The translations under genes were made by a program, and so were the position numbers. Below the pieces are notes generated by a model. The model saw only the letters and a program-made list of their open reading frames with translations. It searched no databases and was not told the origin of the DNA. From Candidatus Zixiibacteriota bacterium (lineage in GTDB: Bacteria; Zixibacteria; MSB-5A5; CAIYYT01): a stretch of 50,479 bases of DNA. This document shows, piece by piece, positions 32,249-40,946 of the stretch (position 1 is the stretch's first letter; every line of letters starts with the position of its first letter). The stretch spans positions 1-50,479 of the forward strand of contig JBECKX010000105.1 in assembly GCA_040235515.1 (NCBI GenBank). Direction: 5' to 3'.

Positions 32249-33949
32249 ATGAAAGCTGATAGGTGGAAAATTCTTCTGACGGTCTTCTTCCTGGCCGCGG
32301 CTATATTCTATATCTATCCCAGTGTTCGCTTTTATTCACTGAGTCATCAGGAAAGAATGGAGATCCAGGATACCGATCCGGGTCGCTATGCGGAGATGCA
32401 GGACAAGGCGCTCAATCTCGGCCTTGATCTGCAGGGTGGTATGCATGTCGTGCTTGAAGTTGACAAGTCAAACCTGGATGAAAACGCTGCCAAGGATGCG
32501 CGCGAGCGCGCCCTGGAAATCATCCGTAACCGTGTGGACGAGTTTGGTGTCGCCGAGCCGGTGATCCAGGCTCAGGGTACCGATCGTATTCTGGTCGAGT
32601 TGCCGGCCGTTCAGGAGCCGGAGCGCGCACGTAACTTAATCGGTAAAACGGCGCAGCTTGAGTTCAAGCTGGTCGAAAGCCCGGAGAATACCAATGTCGT
32701 GTTCTCTCAGATTGACCGTGCCGCCGCTAAACTCGATCTCCCCGGACTCGATATCGAGACACCGATCGATGAGACAGCAACCACGAATCCTTTCAATGAT
32801 CCATTCAGTCAGGACTCGACCGCCGACAGCCTCGGTAAGACAATGGCTGAACAGGCCGCAGGCGATACCTCGACTGAGACAGGCAGCGCCCTGGAGGATA
32901 TTGGCAACGAACCGACAGCCAATGTCTTCACTCAGTATCTCGAAAACGCCGGTACCTGGTTCAACGTCTTATCGGAAGATTTCTATCGGGTGAACGCAAT
33001 CATCGAGTCACCTGAGGTTAAGGCAGTGATCCCATCCGACAATCAGCTCGCCTGGGGTACTCGTGAGGAACTGGTTAACGGGCAGAATGTCCGCAAACTT
33101 TACCTGCTCAAGTCTAAGACTGAGCTTAGCGGTGCGCATCTGACAGATGCCCGTCCGAATTATGATCAATACCACTCGCCGATCGTCGAATTCAACCTCG
33201 ACCGTGAGGGAGGACAGATATTCGGTCGCGTGACCGGCCCCAATATCGGCAAACCGCTGGCGATTCTGCTCGATGGTCGTGTTGAATCAGCTCCGACCAT
33301 TCAGTCGAAAATCCGCGACCAGGGTCAGATCACGCTTTCAGGCCAGGCGACCTTCTTTGATGCCAAGGATCTCGCGACAATCCTCCGTGCCGGTGCGCTT
33401 CCGGCTCCGGTGAGAGTAGTCGAGAGTTTTGTCATCGGTCCTACGCTGGGAAGAGACTCGATTGAAGCCGGCCAGCGCGGCCTGGTGGTTGCCCTTGTGC
33501 TGGTAATGCTCTTCATGGCAATTTACTATAAGTTGTCGGGGTTGGTCGCCGATTTCGTGTTGCTGCTGAACGTCTTCTTCCTGCTGGCAGTGATGGCCGC
33601 GCTCGGCGCGACACTCACCCTCCCCGGTATCGCAGGTATTATCCTGACTATGGGTATTACAGTGGACGCCAACGTGCTGGTGTTTGAACGTATTCGTGAG
33701 GAGTTGCGTTCCGGCAAAACGGTCCGGGCTGCCATCGACGCCGGATACGATCGCGCCACCATCTCAATCGTCGATAGCAACATCACCACCCTGATCGCCG
33801 CGGGAGTGCTCTACTACTTCGGCACCGGCCCGATCAAAGGATTCGCCGTAACACTTGGCACCGGTATTTTGATCTCGCTCTACACCGCGCTGATCGTGGG
33901 TAAGACGATTTTCCATTACCGTCGCAAGGCGGCGACGCTCAGTATCTAG
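32249..33949 (+). CDS. secD: Protein translocase subunit SecD
   Basis: LGLDLQGG, RVDEFGVAEP, LRAGALPAP, VDANVLVFERIREE, DSNITT. Confidence 0.97.
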   Translation: MKADRWKILLTVFFLAAAIFYIYPSVRFYSLSHQERMEIQDTDPGRYAEMQDKALNLGLDLQGGMHVVLEVDKSNLDENAAKDARERALEIIRNRVDEFGVAEPVIQAQGTDRILVELPAVQEPERARNLIGKTAQLEFKLVESPENTNVVFSQIDRAAAKLDLPGLDIETPIDETATTNPFNDPFSQDSTADSLGKTMAEQAAGDTSTETGSALEDIGNEPTANVFTQYLENAGTWFNVLSEDFYRVNAIIESPEVKAVIPSDNQLAWGTREELVNGQNVRKLYLLKSKTELSGAHLTDARPNYDQYHSPIVEFNLDREGGQIFGRVTGPNIGKPLAILLDGRVESAPTIQSKIRDQGQITLSGQATFFDAKDLATILRAGALPAPVRVVESFVIGPTLGRDSIEAGQRGLVVALVLVMLFMAIYYKLSGLVADFVLLLNVFFLLAVMAALGATLTLPGIAGIILTMGITVDANVLVFERIREELRSGKTVRAAIDAGYDRATISIVDSNITTLIAAGVLYYFGTGPIKGFAVTLGTGILISLYTALIVGKTIFHYRRKAATLSI

Positions 33950-34078
33950 GGTGAATAGGTTAGTCATTAGGGTAACATTACAGGAGCAGTGATCCGGAGC
34001 AGCATTCGCGACTGATTTGGAGGCTTTGGATCAGACCAAATTCGTATTCGAGCTTTTTTGAAATAGAGGAATAATCTG

Positions 34079-35020
34079 ATGCAGATTGTCGGAAAGACAA
34101 ACATAGACTTCTTTGCCAAACGTAAGATTGCCTGGCTATTCTCAGGAATCATGGCAATAATCGGAATCGTCTCCCTGGTCTGGATTATCGTGGGCCAGGC
34201 TGATCTCTCAATCGACTTCGCCGGTGGCACACTGGTGCAGGGAGCCTTCGAACAGGCAATCGACGTTGCGGATCTGCGCAGCGCGCTTGCAGCCGATGGC
34301 TACGCCGATGCCAGCATTCAGGCGGTGCTCGGAGGCACAGTTCCGAACACATTCAATATCAAGGTGAAAACCGCAGGTTCCGGCGGAGCCGAGGATCAAT
34401 CAGTCGCTGAGCAACTGCTGGCGGCGATCAAGAAAGAGTTCCCCAACAACGCATTCAAAATGGACTCCGTGCAGGAAGTCGGTCCTACCGTTGGACAGGA
34501 GTTGCAGACACAGGCTCAGAAGGCGGTGTTGATCGCCCTGATCGGAATCTTGATTTACATCTGGATCAGGTTCGATTTCCGCTTCTCGGTGGCCGCTACC
34601 ATCTGCACATTCCACGATGTTCTGGTGGTGCTTGGCTTCATGTTCATCCTGCACCGGGAGATTTCGCTGCTGGTTGTGTCGGCCTTGCTGACGCTGGCGG
34701 GTTACTCTCTTACGGACACCGTGGTCGTATTCGACCGAATTCGCGAGAACCTCAAGCAATTCCGTAAACGTGGCGACTTTGTTGGCGCTGTCAACGGTGC
34801 AATCAACGACATGTTGTCCCGCACCATCGTCACCTCCTTCACGACATTCCTTGCCGTTCTCGTGGTGCTGTTCCTCTGCGGTGCAGTCGTCCGTGATTTC
34901 GCCCTCGCGCTGTCGTTCGGAGTGCTGATCGGAACTTATTCGTCGATCTTTGTCGCGGCGCCGATCATCGTTGAGTGGGAAAACCGCAGCCCGAAACGAT
35001 TTGCAGCCACCAGCAAGTAG
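34079..35020 (+). CDS. secF: Protein translocase subunit SecF
   Basis: IDFAGG, GYSLTDTVVVFDRIRE, SRTIVTS, GTYSSIFVA. Confidence 0.97.
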   Translation: MQIVGKTNIDFFAKRKIAWLFSGIMAIIGIVSLVWIIVGQADLSIDFAGGTLVQGAFEQAIDVADLRSALAADGYADASIQAVLGGTVPNTFNIKVKTAGSGGAEDQSVAEQLLAAIKKEFPNNAFKMDSVQEVGPTVGQELQTQAQKAVLIALIGILIYIWIRFDFRFSVAATICTFHDVLVVLGFMFILHREISLLVVSALLTLAGYSLTDTVVVFDRIRENLKQFRKRGDFVGAVNGAINDMLSRTIVTSFTTFLAVLVVLFLCGAVVRDFALALSFGVLIGTYSSIFVAAPIIVEWENRSPKRFAATSK

Positions 35021-35053
35021 TTGCTGTCTTTCATGAATCGAATATTAGCTGAC

Positions 35054-35083
35054 AAAGCCCCGGTTTCGCCGGGGCTTTTTTTT
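35054..35083 (+). terminator. Intrinsic terminator after secF
   Basis: AAAGCCCCGG-TTTCG-CCGGGGCTTTTTTTT. Confidence 0.9.
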
Positions 35084-35128
35084 GCCCAATCGCCCCGCAA
35101 TTACGTAGTTTGGTGATATGAAGAGCTT

Positions 35129-35575
35129 GTGCAGATGATCCGGACGCTGATCAAATTCAACGCGTGGTACGCCTTTGCCTGTGGGGTGATGCTGCTGCTC
35201 GTCGCTCCAATGATTGTCAACGAGGCGCTCATTGCTCAGGGCGCATTGCCCAACCGCATTCTCTCCAGCCAGAGCTACATCACGGCGGTTACATTCGCGC
35301 GCTGTCTCGGAGTGGTGTTGTTTGTTTATGCGTTCCTGCTCCGCATGCTGCTCAAAGCTGAATTCGATCTCGACAACCTTCGAGCATTCTTCACCCTCTT
35401 CGCGGTCGGAGCACTGCTCTGGGGAGGTATGCTGCTCTTCATCGTCTCGACCAGAAGTGTCTGGCTGAATCTCGTAACTGGAATAGGGTTGCTTGAGTGG
35501 TTGATCGCCCCGGTCTGGCTCCTGTTCAACTACAAACAGCAGCAGGATTGGGAACCGGTTAAGCCGAAGAAGTAG
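35129..35575 (+). CDS. Hypothetical integral membrane protein (~4 TM)
   Basis: Four hydrophobic segments; start is GTG 35129 or ATG 35135. Confidence 0.7.
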   Translation: MQMIRTLIKFNAWYAFACGVMLLLVAPMIVNEALIAQGALPNRILSSQSYITAVTFARCLGVVLFVYAFLLRMLLKAEFDLDNLRAFFTLFAVGALLWGGMLLFIVSTRSVWLNLVTGIGLLEWLIAPVWLLFNYKQQQDWEPVKPKK

Positions 35576-35585
35576 ACGAAGTGTC

Positions 35586-36278
35586 CTAGTAATCTATCCT
35601 TGCTCCTTTGCGTAGGTTATGCCGCGCACACAGAAGTTGGATGTTTTTGGCCGTAATGGACGTTCCGCCTTTTGAGAACGGTAGAATATGGTCGAAGTGG
35701 AGATTGTCTGTCGCCCCACATTCCACGCACTTTCCAGCGTCTCGTTTCCACACTTCAAGTTTGACTTCTGACGGAATTAATCGATCATGCCGCAGCTTTA
35801 CATCTACACTTTCGCTAGTCTCTGCCTCATCTGCCAGCTCGAGCTTAAACTTGAACACTTTACGACCCTGCTTTGATTCCAGCCAAGAATCAGTTAACTT
35901 GAATACACCGTTGTATACCCAAATTCCGTTCTTAATCTTTTCATACACTCTGACAAGTTCTGCGGCAGTTCCCCTGTTCTTATGAGATTGTGCAGCTTGG
36001 TGGAAGAGCCCATTCTGAGTGAGCCGTCCACTCTCAGTGGTTTCCTGTTGATCCAGCGCCTTTGGGTTGACAACATCTTGGGTCCTAGGGACGTCATGAC
36101 CCTCATAGATTATCGTACTACCCCCCTGTGTGAGCTGATCCTCATAGGGGGCGTCCTTGCGGCGGCTCATAAGAATCACACTTAGGCCGTTCTTCAATTT
36201 GAAATTCATGCCACGTTGCAGATTGACACCTTCGCGTTGACACATGTCCAAGTATGAAATAATGTCACCGGTTTGCAT
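35586..36278 (-). CDS. HNH endonuclease with SRA/YDG-like N-terminal domain
   Basis: C-terminal CVECG...HFDHILPFSKGG...NIQLLCARHN. N-terminal YED...IIYEG...DQ...VRVYE...YNGVF...W...VFKFKL resembles the SRA pattern. Confidence 0.8.
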   Translation of the reverse strand: MQTGDIISYLDMCQREGVNLQRGMNFKLKNGLSVILMSRRKDAPYEDQLTQGGSTIIYEGHDVPRTQDVVNPKALDQQETTESGRLTQNGLFHQAAQSHKNRGTAAELVRVYEKIKNGIWVYNGVFKLTDSWLESKQGRKVFKFKLELADEAETSESVDVKLRHDRLIPSEVKLEVWKRDAGKCVECGATDNLHFDHILPFSKGGTSITAKNIQLLCARHNLRKGARIDY

Positions 36279-36280
36279 CT

Positions 36281-37594
36281 CTACTTAACCTCCGGCCAGT
36301 ACCCGATGTTATACTTCAGTTCAAGTTGAGCCTGAAGCAACTCGAAATGATCTCTGAGTGCCTCCATCTCAATCTGTCGAATCTCCAATTCGGTGTCGAG
36401 GTATTCGCTGTTCGTTATCAGCCCCACGCCATACGATACCCGCGCAATTTCAAGTGCCTTGCGTGCAACTGCGAGTTTCTCTCCCGTCGCGGCCTGCTTC
36501 GACTCGATCTTCAACATCTCCTCGCGTGCGACCGCGATGGAACGCCTCGCCTCACTCACAACTCTCTCGTTCTCCAGTTGGAATCTCACCTGCCGGGCAC
36601 GCTCTTCCGCCTGCTTATGCGTCGCAAGTCCACCATCAAAGAATCGATAGCTCACCTTGGCGCCTCCCGTGAAGTTAAACAGTAGTTCATCAGGATCAGG
36701 CATGACGTTGTTTTTCCAGCCGGCTGATGAGAAGAGTGTCACTTTCGGTCGTAACGATTCGAGTTTCTCAGTCAATCCCGATAACTCGATTTGTGCCTGA
36801 TTCAACTGGACCTCCGGCTTGCGCACCAGCAGGCTGTCGAATTGTTGATCGGGAGGCACCTGCAACTCGATGGCCGACAACGGTTGGTCTGCCGAGAGCG
36901 TAGTATCGGAATCAGCACCGATCAGTTCACTCAAGCGCAGTTCAGCCTGACGCAACTCCGCCTGCGCAACCGCCAGTTCCTCTCCAAACACTTTGAGTTG
37001 AAGCTCACTCTTGAGCAGGTCGAATTCTGACACCAAACCATTGTCATACTTGCTCCGGGCATCAACGAGGTGGCTGTCGGCGTTGTCGACATATTTTTGC
37101 AGGAGCGAGGCGCGTTCACGAGCCAGCGCCGCGGCCGAATAGGCCTTGGTCGTCTGGTAGATCACCTGCTGAAGTACCGCCTCAATCTTCAACTCCTGCA
37201 ACTGACGCGCAAGCGTTGCCTGTTGTACCCGGTCGCCGCGTTTTCCCCAATCAAACAGCACGTACCCGGCGGAGAGATTGAAATCAAGGAGATGGTGGCT
37301 GCCGAAATTTATCTGCGGCAGTTGGATCGGCAATTGGTCGCCGAGTTCTATCCTGGGGAGGCGAGAGACGTAGGTGTAGCCGCCGTTAAGTTCGAATTGC
37401 GGCAGGTAGGCAGACTCGGCCTGTGCCATGAGCGTGGCGGTCTCTACCAGCTCCTGGCGCAACACCGCGAGGGACCGGTTACGTTCGGCAGCCATCGCGA
37501 TTGCGTCATCAAGTGTTATTGCCCGGACCGGCTCAGGCAGGGTGAGGAGCGTGGTTATGCCCAAAAGCATGATCAAGAAACTGGTCTGGATCAT
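36281..37594 (-). CDS. TolC-family outer membrane efflux protein
   Basis: Signal peptide from ATG 37594 (track start 37687); ITLDDAIAMA, YLPQF, LFDWG, Y..GL.S..D OEP repeats. Confidence 0.88.
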   Translation of the reverse strand: MIQTSFLIMLLGITTLLTLPEPVRAITLDDAIAMAAERNRSLAVLRQELVETATLMAQAESAYLPQFELNGGYTYVSRLPRIELGDQLPIQLPQINFGSHHLLDFNLSAGYVLFDWGKRGDRVQQATLARQLQELKIEAVLQQVIYQTTKAYSAAALARERASLLQKYVDNADSHLVDARSKYDNGLVSEFDLLKSELQLKVFGEELAVAQAELRQAELRLSELIGADSDTTLSADQPLSAIELQVPPDQQFDSLLVRKPEVQLNQAQIELSGLTEKLESLRPKVTLFSSAGWKNNVMPDPDELLFNFTGGAKVSYRFFDGGLATHKQAEERARQVRFQLENERVVSEARRSIAVAREEMLKIESKQAATGEKLAVARKALEIARVSYGVGLITNSEYLDTELEIRQIEMEALRDHFELLQAQLELKYNIGYWPEVK

Positions 37595-37756
37595 TCCGCA
37601 TCGCCTGCCGAAGATACTGAATAGCCAACTTATTGGAGCGCAGCCGTTAAACCATATTGGTGAAATTGAATTGTGTGAATGGTTCATTGTCGTGAGCCTT
37701 CCACGAAATCAGGTGAACAAGACCGGATGAAATTCGTATATTGTTTACAGGCATCG

Positions 37757-37797
37757 GGCTACAGCCGCCGTAGCATTTTGGCTACAGCTGCCGGAGC
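37757..37797. repeat. Two imperfect 18-bp direct repeats (23-bp period) in the divergent promoter region
   Basis: GGCTACAGCCGCCGTAGC and GGCTACAGCTGCCGGAGC. Confidence 0.6.
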
Positions 37798-37887
37798 CGT
37801 TTAACTGATGATATGTGCTGTCCGTTGTCGCAGACAATCACTCAGATTAATTTCACAATTCTAGGGAAACTTCATAGAGGAAAATAG

Positions 37888-39396
37888 ATGTTTAGAAAAA
37901 TCGCTCTTGTCATCTTTCTTGGAATGACCGCCCTCGCAGTGGTTGTCGCCCTCAAGAGTGATCGCAGAGTCACTACCAACTCGCAGGAAGCGTACGAACA
38001 TTACCTGGCTGGAGTAGATTTCTACGAGAAATTCTATCTCCGCGACGCCGTCAACGAGTTCGAGAAAGCGGTGGCGCTCGACAGCAATTTCGCGATGGCT
38101 CAAGGTGAGTTGGCGATGGCCTACTATTCTCGCGGCTTCCACAAGAAGGGCAAGGAGATGCAGGAACTGGCGATCAAGAATCGCCCCAACGTTACTCCAC
38201 GTGAACAGATGATCATCGATGTCTGGGAGCAACAGTGGAGCTCGAATTCTGACAGTGCATTCGTGCTCGCCAGGAAATTGGCGGAGGCGTACCCGAACGA
38301 CCTCAAGGCCCTTGCGATTGTGGCAGGAATGGAATTCAGCCAGGACAACTGGGAGCAGGCACTGCAGTATTATCAGCAGGCACTGAGGATCCAGCCTGAT
38401 TTTGCCCCCGCGTACAATATGCTTGGCTACCTCAATTTCTATCTGGGACGCTATGATGACGCGCTCGACATGCTCGACAAGTATCTCGAGTACGCCAGGG
38501 ACCAGGCTAACCCGCATGACTCGCGTGGTGAAATTCTGCATGCCACAGGTCGCTATGAGGATGCGATCGCTGCGTTCCGGCAGGCATTCAACATCAACCC
38601 TGAGTTCGATTTCGCCGTGACGCACATGGCCGCGTCGTATCTTGAAATGGGACAGATGTCGCAGGTTGACTACTGCTATCAGATTCTATTGAAGGATTCG
38701 CCCAATGAACTCAAACGGCTCTCCTATCTGACCGACTACGCACAGTCGTTAACCTACCGCGACAACCTCGATTCAGCCATCAGCGTATGCCACTATGTCA
38801 TCGAGAATGATCCGCAGCTCGATGAGGGCGGCGTGACCGCGGCTCCGGTAGTTCTTGGGTTAATTTACTACCGTCAGCGCGACGCGGCTGCAATGAACCA
38901 GGTCTGGGATAGTTGCCGGGTCTATATGGCGCGCTCGATCGGGAAGAATCCGGAACTGAAAGATGCGCCGACCTACGAGCGCTGGAACGCACTGATGGAA
39001 GCCACCTCGGCCGATCTGGCCGGTGACCTCGATAGGTCTGAAGCTCAATTTGCGGAATCGCTCGGCAAATTGAGTCGTCCGAACGACAAGATATACTACC
39101 GGCTTTACTACGCCGATGTACTTAACCGCAATAACAAATCGAACCTTGCGATCTCAGAATTGCAGAAGAATCTCTCGATCAATCCAAATCATGCTCCCAC
39201 GCTGAGGCGACTGGCAGATATCTATGATGAGCAGGGAGATAAAGCTTCGGCACAGGCGTATCGAGAAAAAGCAGCCGAGGTGTGGAAGAATGCTGATCCA
39301 GATTTCAAACCGATGCTGGAACTGCGCGAGAAATTGAATCAGATGGTTACCGCGCAGAAGGGTAACCGCAAATCCCCCGGCCTGGCCTCAAACTGA
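37888..39396 (+). CDS. Exported or membrane-anchored tetratricopeptide repeat protein
   Basis: N-terminal hydrophobic helix; EAYEHYLAG, FEKAVALDSNFAMA, ALRIQPDFAPAYNMLG, NPHDSRGEIL TPR repeats. Confidence 0.88.
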   Translation: MFRKIALVIFLGMTALAVVVALKSDRRVTTNSQEAYEHYLAGVDFYEKFYLRDAVNEFEKAVALDSNFAMAQGELAMAYYSRGFHKKGKEMQELAIKNRPNVTPREQMIIDVWEQQWSSNSDSAFVLARKLAEAYPNDLKALAIVAGMEFSQDNWEQALQYYQQALRIQPDFAPAYNMLGYLNFYLGRYDDALDMLDKYLEYARDQANPHDSRGEILHATGRYEDAIAAFRQAFNINPEFDFAVTHMAASYLEMGQMSQVDYCYQILLKDSPNELKRLSYLTDYAQSLTYRDNLDSAISVCHYVIENDPQLDEGGVTAAPVVLGLIYYRQRDAAAMNQVWDSCRVYMARSIGKNPELKDAPTYERWNALMEATSADLAGDLDRSEAQFAESLGKLSRPNDKIYYRLYYADVLNRNNKSNLAISELQKNLSINPNHAPTLRRLADIYDEQGDKASAQAYREKAAEVWKNADPDFKPMLELREKLNQMVTAQKGNRKSPGLASN

Positions 39397-39461
39397 GTTC
39401 GCTACATCCCGGCCGGTCTGACTTCCGTCCTCGAACCAGGAGCCGGACAATCTGACCTTCA

Positions 39462-39878
39462 CTACTCGCCGATGATCTTAATCAAGGCGCGTTTCTTGCG
39501 TTTGCCGTCAAACTCGCCGTAGAAAATCTGTTCCCACGGCCCGAAATCGAGCCTTCCCTCGGTGATAGCCACCACCACCTCGCGGCCCATGATCGTGCGC
39601 TTGAGGTGCGCATCAGCATTGTCCTCAAAACCGTTGTGCTTGTACTGCGAGTACGGTTTTTCCGGAGCGAGCTTCTCCAACCAGACCTCATAATCCTGAT
39701 GCAAACCCGGCTCGTCATCGTTGATGAATACCGATGCCGTAATGTGCATCGCGTTAACCAGCACCAATCCTTCGGTTACTCCACTCTCCCTGACGGCATC
39801 CTCTACCTCGGGAGTGATATTGACCAGTTGTCTGCGCTTATCGGTGTTGAACCAAAGTTCCTTGCGGTAACTCTTCAT
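39462..39878 (-). CDS. yjbQ: YjbQ/UPF0047 family protein
   Basis: [30 protein letters not shown]. Confidence 0.92.
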   Translation of the reverse strand: MKSYRKELWFNTDKRRQLVNITPEVEDAVRESGVTEGLVLVNAMHITASVFINDDEPGLHQDYEVWLEKLAPEKPYSQYKHNGFEDNADAHLKRTIMGREVVVAITEGRLDFGPWEQIFYGEFDGKRKKRALIKIIGE

Positions 39879-39987
39879 ATCGTGATTCCTCGTTCATCCA
39901 GGTTCTGTCGTTATGATCTAGTGCTATCGCTGCGGCTGCAGGTTACTGTGTGCGGGGTGATGGGACTCGCCGGCGGTGCCGGAGCCG

Positions 39988-40842
39988 CTACTTGCCCGCC
40001 TGCTCGAACAGCTCCTTGAGGCGACGCAGGGTTGCGGGAGCGTGTCCGGCAAAGTGATTGTTAATGTAAACCAGGGTCGGAATCTGACGCTCGGTGAGTT
40101 TCAGCAAGAACTCCGACCAGCGCGTCAGTCGATCCATCTGGAACAGGACTTCCTTCTCCCAGGTCTTCGTAATCTTCTCAATCTCCTTGCGGTCACCGAT
40201 CAGTCGGATATAGCAAAAATCGGTCGTGATCGGATCGAATTTCTTCTCGATTTCGTCCGCGTGCGGCATCCAGGCCTGGTCTACCAGCACGAGCGAGACA
40301 TCATGCTTCCGCAGCATCTCCGCATACGCTTTACTCAGCCACGCCTTGTTTCTGATCTCAACGGCGTAGCGGAAAGTCGTTGGCAGCTCACCCAGGAAGG
40401 CATCCAGGCGGTCGATAAACTCGTTCTTGCCGGGGAATACGCTCTTGTTGAAATAGGGGAATTGGATCAACAGCTTGCCGCAACGATCACCCAGTCGTGA
40501 CATAACGTTGAGAAACTTGTCGCGCTCTTTGAATGTTTCGTCCCCCTGCAGGATGACCTCACGATTCGGTGTGGCTTTCTCCCCCCCATGCACAATCGAG
40601 CGGGGAAACTTGGCGGAGATCAGGAAGCCAGCGGGCGTCTTATCCACCCAGCTATCGACCATCTCTCTCGAGGGGATACGGTAGTAGGTGGCATCCACCT
40701 CCACAGTATCAAACTGCGAGGCGTAGTAGGAGAGAAACTCCGCAGGTTGTGTACCCTCCGGATAGAACGGTCCCACCCAGTCACTGGAGGAGAAGGAGGA
40801 TGTACCGAAGCGAATGAGAGGGGATACCGGCGTCATCGTCAT
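39988..40842 (-). CDS. DUF72 (YecE-like) protein
   Basis: GTSSFS..DWVGPFYP, VEVDATYYRIP, AVEIRN..W, YINNH..GHAP. Confidence 0.9.
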   Translation of the reverse strand: MTMTPVSPLIRFGTSSFSSSDWVGPFYPEGTQPAEFLSYYASQFDTVEVDATYYRIPSREMVDSWVDKTPAGFLISAKFPRSIVHGGEKATPNREVILQGDETFKERDKFLNVMSRLGDRCGKLLIQFPYFNKSVFPGKNEFIDRLDAFLGELPTTFRYAVEIRNKAWLSKAYAEMLRKHDVSLVLVDQAWMPHADEIEKKFDPITTDFCYIRLIGDRKEIEKITKTWEKEVLFQMDRLTRWSEFLLKLTERQIPTLVYINNHFAGHAPATLRRLKELFEQAGK

Positions 40843-40881
40843 CTTCGCTAAGATAAGCCAAACGGCTCAAATTGAAAACGA

Positions 40882-40913
40882 AAAGCACGCTCCGTATCTC
40901 AAGAGCGTGCTTT
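40882..40913 (-). terminator. Intrinsic terminator after the dockerin protein gene
   Basis: AAAGCACGCTC...GAGCGTGCTTT with a T-rich tail on the minus strand. Confidence 0.75.
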
Positions 40914-40946
40914 GATAGAACGTAGTAGTCTATCTCAACTGGGAAG

